The notes under the pieces are model-generated. The model searched no databases. It was not told the origin of the DNA and saw only the letters and a list, made by a program, of their open reading frames with translations. A stretch of 64,000 nucleotides of DNA from Octopus vulgaris (Eukaryota). The stretch is from NCBI GenBank assembly GCA_951406725.2, contig OX597823.1, positions 17,546,001-17,610,000 on the forward strand, read 5' to 3'. Shown in pieces: positions 12,646 through 26,347 of the stretch. A program made the position numbers and the translations under genes. Each line of letters starts with the position of its first letter. Positions within the stretch are counted from its first letter, which is position 1.

Positions 12646-13191
12646 GGGTTACGATATTATGGAAATGAAAAAAGAATGCATAAAAAATAATATCAATAAT
12701 GTCAATGAATACAAAAAATACGAGAGAGAAAAAACAATTAAGGAACAATCGCACAAAGAAATACACGGGGAATACGGTGTGTGTGCGAAAATTTAATCGT
12801 TTCTTTCTTTATCCCAAATTACATTATTTTAAAATTTTGTGATGAGACTTATTCATAGATTTTTGCTCGAAGGAAGTAGACTAAAGTAATCCCATCTCAA
12901 TTCAAGTAGATTATAAAGCTTATTTTCTATGTCACCTTCAGACTCTTCCTCTCTCTCTCTCTCTTTTTCTCTCCCCCCCCCCCTCTCTCTCTCTCTCTCC
13001 TTAAGACTTGAGAGACAGGCATATTAAACAACATAGGTATTGACCCACGGTCTAGAGAAACTGACCACGGTGATTATCAGCGGGAGCAGCTTATATTGGA
13101 AGTCTGTCCATGGCTGGAATTTATCATGGTGGAATATACCGTGGTGGAATTTACCAATGGTGAAATTTATCTCGTGGAATTTACCTAGAAC
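12093..13191. mobile_element. Probable DNA-transposon relic with inverted 15-bp subterminal arrays (MULE-like)
   Basis: AAATTCCACCACGG-type repeats at 12093-12172 and reverse-complement repeats at 13110-13191 ending CTAGAACC. Confidence 0.45.
12190..12542 (-). mobile_element. R4/Dong-like LINE 3' fragment (restriction-like endonuclease end)
   Basis: IDVSIPTDDNVSLKEMEKLSKYKDLEIEVTRMWNLKTETIPIIVGALGMI..IQKIALLGTAHILRR; flanked by (TAA)n on both sides. Confidence 0.85.
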
Positions 13192-13314
13192 CCTAAAAAC
13201 ATGTATTGAGTACATTTTCTATTCTTCGTGAAGAATAAGCACATATGTACACATGCATACATACACACATATACAAACCCAAATAAATACATACATACAT
13301 ATATATATTATCAT

Positions 13315-13797
13315 GTGGAGGCACATGGCCTAGTGGTTAGAGCAGCGAACTCGCGATCGAGGGATTGCGGTTCAAATCTCAGACCGGACAATGTGTGTGC
13401 TTATGAACGAAATACCTAAGCTCCACGCGGCTCCTGCAGAAAGTAAAAGTGAACTTCTGCTGACTCTTTCGCCACAACTTTCTCTCACTCTTTCCTCCTG
13501 CATCTTGCAGCTCACTGACTGCCGAAAGCTACAGAATTGGTGTAAGATCAACAGATTGTACGGAAATAGCATTTATCAGGTCAAAAGGAAACACTTTCGT
13601 AATTCGTCATACGCAACATATTCAAATATAGGGACGAAACAACCTCACTTTCTATCAAACGATACATGATATTCCAGAAGATGCCAATATAAGATAAAAC
13701 ATGGGACCGGTGTCCCATCAAGGTGGAGGAACCTATTCAGCAAGGAAACCGGTAAACCGGCACTTATGAGCCAGGCATGGCTCGAGAAGGAACAAAC
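13315..13797 (+). mobile_element. tRNA-derived SINE (C/D-related) interrupted by a 186-bp insert
   Basis: GTGGAGGCACATGGCCTAGTGGTTAG head; body resumes as GGACCGGTGTCCC after 13702. Confidence 0.7.
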
Positions 13798-13827
13798 ATA
13801 TGATCATATTACATACACACATACACA

Positions 13828-14223
13828 TCTTTATATATAAAAGTGAGGCTGTGTGCTGTGTGTCTCCTGCGATTTAGATTCCTAACTACTCCCACATTTT
13901 GCGGTGCAGTTTAACCAATGCCGGGTATCTTATAGTCGTGATTCATATCGAGCCCTTCTGGGTATTAGCGCGCGTCTACGATGAGTCTACGATTTTAAAA
14001 AAAAATTACTATCAATTTTTCCCATTTTTAATGCATTTTTGGCATATATAAGGGAAGTAACTCTCTAAAAATGTATTATTAAATCTTAAAACGTAAAAAG
14101 TTACAGTAATACCCCCCTTTTGTGGTTAGCCATATTGAGATGGCTATTATACTTTACATCTCTAAAAATGCTTATATAGTTATTTCCCTTACAAACCCGA
14201 GCAACGCCGGGCGATACTGCTAG
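13828..14223 (+). mobile_element. Non-autonomous Helitron
   Basis: A|TC 5' end; 3' hairpin and CTAG|T; no TSD. Confidence 0.85.
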
Positions 14224-14461
14224 TATATATATAAACGTGTAAACATTTATATCTCTGTGTGCGCCTCAATGCGTGTGCGTGAGAAAGGTGGTGTTACGCA
14301 AGTTGTCGCTAAGTGTCTCCTTCATAATAAACAACCAAATTTGATGTCATGATATTCTGTATAGAAGAAGAAACGACATATGAAAATATTGGTTCATATA
14401 TGAAACACAATGGCTGCGTTAAGTTAGTCTCTCTCTACCACCTCTCTACAATCTCTGCCAC

Positions 14462-14960
<499 letters not shown>

Positions 14961-15949
14961 GCTCCCTCTCTCTCTGTCTCTATGTCTGTTTCCTTACATT
15001 TATCCTCGCATGTTCCTCATTCTCTTTGTATGTCTTTCTACTCGCTGTCTGTCTGTCTCCCCACTTCGCACGTGCACACACACCCACTTGTTTCTCTCTC
15101 TCTCTCTCTGTCTCTCTGTCTCTCTCTCTGATTTTGTATTGTATATATGTGTATTTCTATATCTCTATCTCCTTCTCTCCCCTTGCTCTTTCTCTTCCCA
15201 TCTCTCTCGCACACACTTCTACAGCTGACACTGAAGACTCTAGTAACATCGCTGTTGTTTATTAAAACACCATTCATTGTGTACTCTTGAGTTTAACCAT
15301 TTCCCAGCCAACATCGGGTGAGATGGGCGAGGGTGAGGTGTGTGGTGTTGAAGGTAACCTACATCTTACATGACTTGTGGGAAAATTAAAGGGGTAGATA
15401 CGATGATGTGGTAACAGTATATGAACTGGTGGTGGTGGTGGTGGTGGTGGTGGTAGCAGCGGTGGTAGTGACAGTGTATGTGTAATGATGGTTTCGAATG
15501 TGATAGTGATGCAGATGAATGCATTGTTGCTGTTGTTGTTCTTTAGCTCCACGTCATCCATTTGATGAAAGCCCTCCAGTTTGAATCATCCCTCTGTCTT
15601 TACGAACACACTATCCAGTGTATACTTTCATTTTTTTTTTGTTTGTTTTGAAGATGGTAGACTGTGATTTTGAAGAGATTTGGCTGCTATTTCTAATGAA
15701 TGAAGGGTTGTTTATTGCTTTCACTATTTATCCTCTGGTCGGCCCAGTCTCAGCAAATCTACAATGAAATGCATTCCAGGCATGTCGTCATATCTTTTTA
15801 AGCTGTATGTTGGATGACATTGTCTAGAATGTTATCATGACCTACCATGTGTTGTTGCTGTCGTAGTTTTATCATTGCCGCTATTACTGATACTGCTAAT
15901 TAATTATACAGTGTTTTACTATAAGATTTGTGATTTATGTCGGATACAG

Positions 15950-18200
15950 TGCTTTTGCTTTAGTTTGATTGTTGCTGAATTTTAGACTGCAACAGGTTTA
16001 GTTTATTGATTTTGAAGTTGTGTCTGGTTTTCATGAGATTGGCTATTTCTTGTGTGTAATCGAAATTGTATTATATATTCTGCCTTGCAGGAGAGACTAT
16101 TAGATGTGTTTATAATTCTTTTGTTCGATGTGTAATTCAGTGTTTGCGAATTCTGAAATCTAAGTTCTGTTTCTTGAGGGAACGGATTCCATTATACATT
16201 TGTACAATTTTTGTAAAAATGTGGGTGCTTCTTTCATTGATGTGTTCCGTGAGGATAGGTAAATGCTTGTGAAAACTTTGGCAAATACTTGCCGGAGAGT
16301 TATTAAATCTGTATGTAGAGAACAGAATGCAATGTCTGGTGAGAGATTTGTATTTGGTTTGGTGAATTATGCGAGTGTATATGTGTGTATCTGTGTGTGT
16401 GCATGTGAATATTACATTGAATGGAAAGGGAGTTCAGATGTGATATTATTGTATTGCTTCTCTCGTTATGTTTACTATTTGAAAATTAGTTGTCGAGTGT
16501 ATTGAAGTCTCCTCCAATGATGGTAAGAAAGCCGAGGCATGCAACCTTGTGGGACACTTGGTATAGGCATGCGTATATTTTCATTAGAAAAGGTGAAAGA
16601 TTTTCGTCTAAGAGTTGATATAATAATTATACGTGTTAAGACGGAGAAATAACGTTATTGATAACGTGAGCAATTTGAAGCATACGGCCCGTTTTTGTGC
16701 GTTTTGCTGTGAAGTCGGTGATTTGAATTTGTGAGGGAACGCGTGGTGTCAGTTGACAACGTAAAGAACGCGTGGTGTCATTTGGCAACGTAAAGAATGC
16801 GTGATGTCAGTTGACAACGTAGAGAACGCGTGGAGTCAAGTGACAACGTAAAGAACGCGTGGTGTCAGTTGACAACGTAAAGAACGCGTGGTGTCAGTTG
16901 ACAACGTAAAGAACGCGTGGTGTCAGTTGACAACGTAAAGAACGTGAGATGTGATTTGGCAACGTAAAGACGCGTAGTGTCAGTTGACAACGTAAAGAAC
17001 GCGTGGTGTCAGTTGACAACGTAAAGAACGCGTGGTGTTAGTTGGCAACGTAAAGAACGCGTGGTGTCAGTTGACAACGTAAAGAACGTGAGATGTGATT
17101 TGGCAACGTAAAGACGCGTAGTGTCAGTTGACAACGTAAAGAACGCGTGGTGTCAGCTGGCAACGTAAAGAACGTGAGATGTGATTTGGCGTAAAGACGC
17201 GTAGTGTCAGTTGACAACGTAAAGAACGCGTGGTGTCAGGTGACAACGTAAAGAACGCGTGGTGTCAGGTGACAACGTAAAGAACGCGTGGTGTCAACAA
17301 CGTAAAGAACGCGTGGTGTCAGTTGACAACGTAAAGAACGTGAGATGTGATTTGGCAACGTAAAGACGCGTAGGTCAGTTGACAACATAAAGAACGCGTG
17401 GTGTCAGTTGACAACGTAAAGAACGCGTGGTGTCAGTTGACAACGTAAAGAACGCGTGGTGTCAGTTGACAACGTAAAGAACGCGTGGTGTCAGCTGGCA
17501 ACGTAAAGAACGCGTGGTGTCAGGTGACAACGTAAAGAACGCGTGGTGTCAGTTGACAACGTAAAGAACGCGTGGTGTCAGCTGGCAACGTAAAGAACGC
17601 GTGGTGTCAGGTGACAACGTAAAGAACGCGTGGTGTCAGTTGACAGCGTAAAAAACGCGTGGTGTCAGTTGACAACGAACGAAGTTGGCAACGAAAATAG
17701 TCGGTGTAAAGCTGCGATGTGACCAGTTGAAGTGAACCCGAGTGACGAAGAACCACCTTACGCAAGACATCCAGTCGGGTACGACTACTTCTTCTTCTCT
17801 AAGCAAGTTGGCTTGCTGGGTTAGCTTGCGGTTTCCCAGCTGTTGGTTTGATTGTTGGAGCCGTGTTCGTGTCAGGAAGCCGCATTTTGCAACACTTGTT
17901 TTAGCAAAAGTAGACTAAGGGAAATGATCAACTTTATCGTTTACAACGCATACATTATATTTGCTGGGAAAGTTTTCAAGCAAAGTAATGGTATTTGTAC
18001 AACGTCACTTCAGTTGGGTCGTTGGAATTGATTTCCACTAGTTGATGGATATTGATCTTTCGGTATTTGGCAGCATAGGGTTAAAACATTGCTATGGTTT
18101 CTGTTAATTTCTTTGCAGTACATGTAGTTTCGTTATTTGTAGAATAATTTTGTTAGCTTGTTTTTATTTTAGTAATTTTCAATGTATATAGTTCGTAAGT
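15950..18200 (-). mobile_element. Highly degraded APE-type LINE (I/Jockey-like) relic
   Basis: Minus-strand relic motifs TIIGGDFN (~16530-16500), SPDIAF and HLPIL (APE endonuclease); CMRC..DH and KCG..EH knuckle-like relics at ~17960-17860. Confidence 0.5.
16737..17690. repeat. 29-bp minisatellite (about 33 units)
   Basis: Unit GAACGCGTGGTGTCAGTTGACAACGTAAA, head-to-tail with recurring variants. Confidence 0.95.
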
Positions 18201-18448
18201 CTATATGTTGATTTAAACTACACACACACACACGAACGCGCGCGCACACATACAAACACATAAACACACACACATACACACGCGCGCGCACAACACATGC
18301 ACGCAAACATTCAATAAATGTAAATTGAGTAGTTTCGCAGGTAAGGAGCTCGTTGGCCGTTTAGTGATAATGGATTTACTCTCTTTGCAGTTAGACGTGT
18401 TATTAGTTATGTGTTTTTAGTAACAGATGTATATATATATATATATAT

Positions 18449-18685
18449 ACTCTTTTACTATTTTACCTGTTTCAGTCATTTGACTGCGGCCATGCTGGAG
18501 CACCGCCTTTAGTCGAGCAAATCGGCCCCAGGACTTATACATTTGGAAGCCTAGTACTTATTCTATCGGTCTCTTTTGCCGAACCGCTAAGTTACGGGGA
18601 CGTAAACACATGACGATCGATTGTCAAACGATGTTGGGGGGGGGCAAACAGAGACACACAAACATATACACACACATACATACAT

Positions 18686-18761
<76 letters not shown>

Positions 18762-18923
18762 GACGGGCTTCTTTCAGTTTCCGTCTACCATATCCACTCA
18801 CAAGGCTTTGGTCGGCCCGAAGCTATAGTAGAAGACACTTGCCCAAAGTGCCACGCATTGGGACTGAACCCGGAACCATGTGGTTAGTAAGCAAGCTATT
18901 TATCACACAGCCACTCCTGCGCC
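18449..18923 (-). mobile_element. SINE family B, full length
   Basis: Reverse complement of the family consensus with internal (CA)/(TA) tract. Confidence 0.9.
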
Positions 18924-19234
18924 TTGTAAAGGCAGACGAAATACCGCTAAGCATTTCGTCCGGCGCGCTAACGTTTCTGCCAGTTCACACACATACACAC
19001 ATATGTGTGTGTGTGTGCGTGTGTGTGTGTAGATTTATATAAACATTTTTTAAAAATTTGATTTAATTCTAATTCCCTGTTTCATTTCAAAGTTTCACTT
19101 TTAATAAACAATGTATTTGGCTAATAAATTTTATAGTATTGAACTTGTTTCATAGATATCGACCTAAGCTTGTCCTTTTATTTGTACATTTTTCGAAGAT
19201 GTTGCTTATAAAATATACTGTTCCACTTGTCTTT

Positions 19235-19446
19235 ATTAGGCTTGTTTTTGCTGTGATGTAGATTGAGAAACAAAGTATCTAGTAGTCTAATTTCGTTGTA
19301 TCCTCTGAATATCCATTTTTGAACAAGTTTTTTGTTTCATAAGATTAGGCTTGTTTTTGCTGTAGATTGAGAAACAAAGTATCTAGTAGTCTAATTTCGT
19401 TGTATCCTCTGAATATCCATTTTTGAACAAGTTTTTTGTTTCATAA
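19235..19446. repeat. Tandem duplication of about 105-110 bp
   Basis: ATTAGGCTTGTTTTTGCTG..TTTGTTTCATAAG occurs twice. Confidence 0.85.
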
Positions 19447-20535
19447 GTTCTATTAATATATCTCTAAGTTAATACTATTTCTTTACTTTGATGCTTTTAC
19501 TTGTAATAATCAGGAAGTGGATTCTCAAGCCGCGTTTATATTTTTTACGCTGTTGCCGTTGACACTGCCGGATTGAATGGTACAGCCCAGATGCCGAAAT
19601 AATAGTGATATCCGCTTGGCAGCTGATGATGGGAATACGTATTTGTTATGTTTCATTATGAGCTTTTTCTAATATATCTTAGTCTCGTTATTCTGAATTG
19701 CTGTTCCTCCTGTAAAGTGAAAAACGTTTGTGGATTCAAGTAGGAATATATTTAAACGCTAAGCTGGAGAAGCTTGGTACTTGTAAACACGTCAATAAAT
19801 TCATATTACGTAACTGGACATAACTGTTCTCAACGAAACATGGTGTTGATTCCCATATGAGCCGGGTGTGTATTGATGAAGATATTTTTAGGCACTTGAT
19901 TTATTTCCCTTTCTTAATCCCTATTATCTTATTATTTAATTTTTTTTATATTATCCAGCTGAACGATATGCTACGATGCATTTATAATTTACTACATCTC
20001 AAAAGTTCATTCTCAAGAGACTTATCCACTTTCGTTTATTAACATGTTATCTGCCTTTAATTAGAAATTACGAAATTAAGAAAGGGGGGAAAACGGAGGT
20101 GAGAGAAACTCCTTGTATTTGAAACAATATTACCCATAGTATTAAGTTACTCTGTGCCTAAAGACTAAAGCGTTTTAGAATTCTTAAAACTTTTAGTTGC
20201 AACATATTGACAGCTGGCTTAAGATTATTGAAATACAAATACACACACATAGACAACACATATATTTACACACATATGTGTGTGTATGTGTTTGTCCAAA
20301 ATGGATTCCTTAAATTACATAACAGCATGCTTGAGTGTTTACAAACTTAATAGTAATCGCCCAAATCTTTATGGTTTGTTATGAGAAAAAACTTTATGTA
20401 ATTCAGTATTCAAACCTTCTTAATATATAAACAACTGCATTCTCTAGATTTCGGTAATGTTTTCTTAGAATATGATATGAATAATGAAGTAATATAACTT
20501 TATTTTAAGAATGTATGCATGCATGTATGTATGAA

Positions 20536-20737
<202 letters not shown>

Positions 20738-21143
20738 GCATACATATACATATATATGTGCATACATGCATACATGCGTATGTGTGTGTGTGTGTGTGTG
20801 TGTACATGCATGTGAATATGCATATTCTCTTTTTGAAATTTTCAATCTTTAATTCTTCATCATTTCAATTTTTGAGGCCAACACCTGCGGGAATTCACTG
20901 TTCTATACTCGTTATTTTATACGTCCAAGAACTGATAAAAATGTATATCCATATATTTAACTATAAATATTTAAACAAAACAAACTGATAGTTCATATTT
21001 CGCATCAACTCGGATAGATAGATGGCTCAACACACAGGTTTACAGACGTTCAAAGTAATTTAGAATAACCACAATCTATATTTTCTCTGTTAAAGTTTTC
21101 CAGGAAGATAACATGTAAACTTTACGAGATATTACGAGATTTA

Positions 21144-21574
21144 GGATCTTTTCGGTTTGGACGGCATTTTTTCTAGCGGCGTCATATGAAATTGTCATCC
21201 ATAATTATGACCCTAGTATCGATCTATTGCATTTCAATCTGTTTTAGGGTTAGGGTTAGGGTTAGTTAGGGTTAGTTAGGGTTTGGGTTAGGGGTGGGGG
21301 AAAGGGTATCTTTTTTCTTCAGAAATGTAAATAAACCCAATCTGTTTCTTCATACGGCACAAAATGTTTTCACCTCAATAGACGTCATTGATTGGTTGAA
21401 ATTGCAGAAATTGAAGAAAAAACAACAACAAATATCTTACAAACTATAGAATTTTCTCAATAAACCCAAGAGAAAAAGATGTTTTATAAAAATATTCTAC
21501 CAGTATACGAAGTTTAAAAGTGTTTAGTTACGTGGAAATTATTTTAAAAACTGTCGTTCAAACTGAAAAGATCC
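21144..21574. mobile_element. MITE with 9-bp TSD (MULE-like) containing TTAGGG repeats
   Basis: TIRs GGATCTTTTCGGTTTGGACGGCA / TGTCGTTCAAACTGAAAAGATCC; TSD CGAGATTTA at 21135-21143 and 21575-21583; TTAGGG-like run at ~21244-21294. Confidence 0.85.
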
Positions 21575-21909
21575 CGAGATTTATGGTAAGGATTTCATTT
21601 ATGGTAAGGATTTCATGTATGGGTGCGTGTGCGTACGTCCGTACGTGTCCAAAGGAGATCAGGCTCATCCGTATATTTTCGGTGTTCTTTCCTTGTGACT
21701 ATCAAAGGAGGTTCACACACTCGAAGACATCGTGGTGCGTTTTGAGAACAACCTCACTTGTTCTTCAGCTGGTGTCTTCATCAAGAAAAAGACTTGAGGA
21801 AATGCCTATTTCTCTCCGCTTGATACAATAATTGTACAAAAACAGAAAAGACAACAAAAGCATATTTCTTTTTCTACAATTATTTTTAATATTCAGTTTA
21901 ATTTTAACA

Positions 21910-22057
21910 TAAGTAGGTTACTTACGAACCACATGGTTCTGGGTTCAGTCCCACTGCGTGGCACCTTGGGCGAGTGTCTTCTACTATAGCCTCGGGCCGA
22001 CCAAAGCCTTGTGAGTGGATTTGATAGACGGAAACTGAAAGAAGCCCGTCGTATATA

Positions 22058-22124
<67 letters not shown>

Positions 22125-22345
22125 TTGTGTGTCTGTGTTTGTCCCCCCCCCAACATCGCTTGACAACCGATGCTGGTGTGTTTACGTCCCCGTCACTTAG
22201 CGGTTCGGCAAAAGAGACCGATAGAATAAGTACTGGGCTTACAAAGAATAAGTTCGAGGGTCGATTTGCTCGACTAAAGGTGGTGCTCCAGCATGGCCAC
22301 AGTCAAATGACTGAAACAAGTAAAAGAGTATATAGTAAAGAGAGT
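21910..22345 (+). mobile_element. SINE family B
   Basis: Family consensus match. Confidence 0.9.
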
Positions 22346-22484
22346 ATCAGAGCTGAATGTCTCACCATTTGCAGGCAGCTACTTTGACTTTTCGTTTCGG
22401 CTTCGCAGCAAAGTGTAATATCTACTTTAATTATATAATATTCGACAAGAATTCATAAAATAATCAAAAATTCATAAAAACAAA

Positions 22485-22939
22485 CAGGAGTGACTGTGTG
22501 GTAAGTAGCTTGCTTACCAACCACATGGTCCCGAGTCCAGACTCACTGCGTGGCACCTTGGGCAAGTGTCTTCTACTATAGCCTCGGGCCGACCAAAGCC
22601 TTGTGAGTGGATTTGGTAGACGGAATCTGAAAGAAGCCTGTCGTATGTATGTATTTGCGTGTCTGTGTTTGTTCCCCAAACATCGCTTGACAACCGATGA
22701 TGGTGTGTTTACGTCCCGTAACTTAGCGGCTCGGTCTAAGAGACCGATAGAATAAGTACTAGGCTTACAAAAAACAAATCCTGGGTTCGATTTGTGTGAT
22801 AAAAGGCGGTGCTACAGCATGGTCGCAGTTAAATTTACGTCCCCGTCACCTAGCGGTTCGGCAAAAGAGACCGATAGAATAAGTATTGGGCTTACAAAGA
22901 ATAAGTCCCGGGGTCGATTTGCTCGACTAAAGGTGGTGC
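22485..22939 (+). mobile_element. SINE family B with duplicated 3' part
   Basis: TTTACGTCCCCGT..GGTCGATTTG segment repeated. Confidence 0.85.
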
Positions 22940-23729
22940 TAATATTCAATTATATAAATATAATAGGCTTTTTGGACCCACTTGAATATAACAGGAATCA
23001 AAGGATCCATGGGTCAAAAATGGTTGAGAACCACTGGTTTAGAGAAAGCAAAAGACATCCCTTTTCCCTAATGTCTCCCAGGTGTACAACAGACAGCACT
23101 TAAAAAGGCAGACAAAAGTAGTGTCAACGAAAATAAATTGATTTCGACTAGCGAGAAAGATTGTTTCAACCTGTGGAAATGTAAATCTTTTCCAGAAACA
23201 CCTGTAATATGTACCTGATAAACAGCTCTCTCAGAGGAAAGATGTAGTATACTTGCTCCAATCCAACTACAATCATTTGAATTTGTGCGAAAATTCCGGA
23301 GTAGATAAATTCATGATTTCTATAACATTATTTCCGTTTCAAGAGAAGATAAACAAAATATAAAGCTATCTATAAAAACAGTTGAACATCAAATTGACGG
23401 ATCACTCAATACTCTTTAATACAGTGTTAAATTTATTAATTTTTACAAGGAAAAGTTTGTCTGTGATTTCGAAGCTTCAGTTTATTACCTGTTATCATAC
23501 AATATACATGCACACTAACCCATGTATACTTATGCATTCACACACACACACATATATATATAGTATATAAATATACATACACACACACATATATATATAG
23601 TATATAAATATACACATACACACACACATATATATAGTATGTAAATATACGCATACACACACACATATACATGTGTGTGTATGTGTGTAAATATATAGTG
23701 TATAAATATACGCATACACACACATATAT

Positions 23730-23828
23730 TGCGCTCAATAAACACTCACAACGCCCGGTCTGGGAATCGAAACCGCGATCCTACGACCGCGAGTCCGCTG
23801 CCCTAACCACTAAGCCATTGCGCCTCCA
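23730..23828 (-). mobile_element. SINE family C head within a TA/CA-rich minisatellite
   Basis: TGGAGGCGCAATGGCTTAGTGGTTAGGGCAGCGGACTCGCGGTC on minus. Confidence 0.8.
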
Positions 23829-24303
23829 TATAGTATATAAATATACACATACACACACATATATATAGTATATAAATATACGCATACACACACACATATA
23901 CATGTGTGTGTATGTGTGTAAATATGTATGTATGCGGGTATGTGTGTTTGTATGTATATATTTATACATACATACATACAGACATATATACAGACATACA
24001 CACACACACACACACACATATTAATTTGGTGTAAAACCAGTGAGACTGAAGCCGTTGGTGGTCTGCTTAATCTATTGCAAGTTCTCCAATGCAGAAAAGA
24101 CGTGCACAGAGGTTAATTCTGGAGGACTGGCGTTCTAGGAAGAAAAGTAGAAAAAAAAGGTATTGAGGTTGGGGACTAATACATGTTTTGACACGAATGT
24201 TTGAATATAATATAGGAAATGAGAGGAGGAGGGATAAGTGAATCGTAGATGCGAGAGTGGAGGAAGGACAAGGCCTGCCAGTTCCGAGGAGCTAGTGTAC
24301 TAT

Positions 24304-24691
24304 GGATGGAAGCACTCCGTCGGTTACGCCGACGAGGGTTCCGGTTGATCCGAATCAACGGAACAGCCTGCTCGTGAAATTAACGTGTAAGTGGCTGAGC
24401 ACTCCACAGACACGTGCACCCTTAACGTAGTTCTCGGGGATATTCAGCGTGACACAGAGAATGACAAGGCCGGCCCTTTGAAATACAGGTACAACAGAAA
24501 CAGGAAGTAAGAGTGAGAGAAAGTTGTGGTGAAAGAGTACAGCAGGGATCACCATCATTCCCTGCCGGAGCCTCGTGGAGCTTTTAGGTGTTTTCGCTCA
24601 ATAAACACTCACAACGCCTGGTCTGGGAATCGAAACCACGATCCTATGACCGCGAGTCCGCTGCCCTAACCACTGGGCCATTGCGCCTCCA
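24304..24691 (-). mobile_element. SINE family C (tRNA-Arg-like head), full length
   Basis: A/B boxes; GACTCGCGGTC anticodon arm; TSD CTAGTGTACTAT at 24292-24303 and 24692-24703. Confidence 0.9.
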
Positions 24692-25083
24692 CTAGTGTAC
24701 TATACTAGCGCTAAGGAAGGAAGGAGAGAGAGGGGGGAATAAGAAAGAAAAAGAGAGGGAGAGAGCGACAGAAAGTGTGAAGACGGTGCATTTGTGGGCT
24801 GGAGGTTGGACTAAGTCCACGACTTTATGCCAATCATTCGACTGATTTCTCTAACATACCTGTATAAAACAGCTGCATAATTCCTAATATGGAAGCGGTA
24901 CTCCATTACGTCCCTCATCTGAGTATTACAAATGGTTATTAGTTGATGGTTAGTAGTTTTCTTGCACTGAAAAGAATGGCGTGCTCCTGTATTGCAATTT
25001 TTCTATGTTAAGGGTGTGCGTTCGTCAAGAAAGAGCTTCAATAATAACCGAACTTAGCATTTGAAGCGATTGTGAGGCTTCTA

Positions 25084-26347
25084 TTAGGTTGTCAAGAAAG
25101 TTCTTGCGGTATTTATAATTTTGGTTTTAAATGATATATTTTCAAATTAATTTTCGTTAAATTACTTTGACTTTATATATCATTTTAAAGCCCGTTTTCC
25201 GCTCTAATCGTCTTACTCTTTTTCTTTTTGAATAATTTGGGCATTTTTTCTGGAACGTTGAACATAACATCGACAAAAACTAAATTCGCACAATTTTCTT
25301 ATTCCAGTTCAAGCTAGGCCGAAAAGCTGCTGAAACAGTTCGCGATATCAACGATGCGTTTGGCCCAGGAACTACTAATAAACGTACAGCACAGTGGTGG
25401 TTTAAGAAATTTCGTAGCGGTGATGAGAGTCTTGAAGATGATAAGCGTTGTGGTCGGCTATCGGATGTTGACAACGATCAGCTAACAGCCTTAGTAGAAG
25501 CCAATCCACGCACAACTTTCTAGAGCTTGCTTCTGAATTAGACGTAACGTATACGACAATTTCCAACCACTTGAAAGAGATTGGTAAAACAAAAATACTT
25601 GAGAAATGGGTGCCGCACGAATTGAACGACAAAAAAAAAACGCCCTTTTGAAGTGCTATCTTCCCTTCTTTTACGCAACAAGAACGACCTGTTTGTGACT
25701 TGCGATGAAAAATGGATTCTTTACGACAACTGGCGACACTCAGCTCAGTGGTTGGACGCCGACAAAGCTCCACGGCACTTCCCGAAGTCAAAGTTGCACC
25801 AAAAGAAGGTCATGGTGACTGTTTGGTGGTTTGCGGCCGGTCTCATCCATCACAGCTTTTTGGATCCAGGCGAAACCATTACGGCGGAGAAGTACTGTCA
25901 GTAAATGGATGAAACGCATAAGAAACTCCGACAACAGTCAGCATTAGTCAATAAAAAAGGACCAATTCTTCTCCACAACAACGCTCGGCCGCACGTCGCA
26001 CAACTGACTCTGTAGGAGTTGAACGAATTGGGTTACGAAACTCTGCCTCATCCACCATACTCACCAGACCTCTCGCCTACCGACTACCACTTTTTCAAGC
26101 ATCCCGACAACTTCCTGCGTGAGAAATGCTTAAAAAACCAAGACGATACCAAACACGCCTTCAATGACTTCATCGCCACCAGAATGCAGGATTTTTACGC
26201 TACTGGCATAAGTAAACTTGGTTCGCGTTGGCAAACGTGTGTTGATCCTGATGGTGTTTATTTCTATTAATAAAGTTTTGTTTGAGCTGAGATATGTGCA
26301 TCTGAATTTAAAGGTCAAAAACCGTAAGAACTTCCTTGATAACATAA
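25084..26347 (+). mobile_element. Full-length defective mariner, cecropia/Hsmar1-like
   Basis: TIRs TTAGGTTGTCAAGAAAGTTCTTGCGGT / ACCGTAAGAACTTCCTTGATAACATAA with TA flanks; [62 protein letters not shown]; several in-frame stops. Confidence 0.95.

Noticed and set aside
16737-17690. CRISPR-like array (29-bp partly palindromic repeats)
   Set aside because: Units are head-to-tail with no unique spacers, there are no cas genes, and the context is eukaryotic
19040-20110. Possible Penelope N-terminal ORF relic on minus
   Set aside because: A-rich coding-like texture but no diagnostic motif could be read
21244-21294. True telomere or chromosome-fusion scar
   Set aside because: Short, degenerate and internal to a TIR/TSD-bounded MITE
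21720-21790. Hammerhead-like CTGAAGA..AAAACG on minus
   Set aside because: GAAA core is mutated and there is no stem I; similarly weak candidates at ~19560-19610 and ~40900-40940 were dropped
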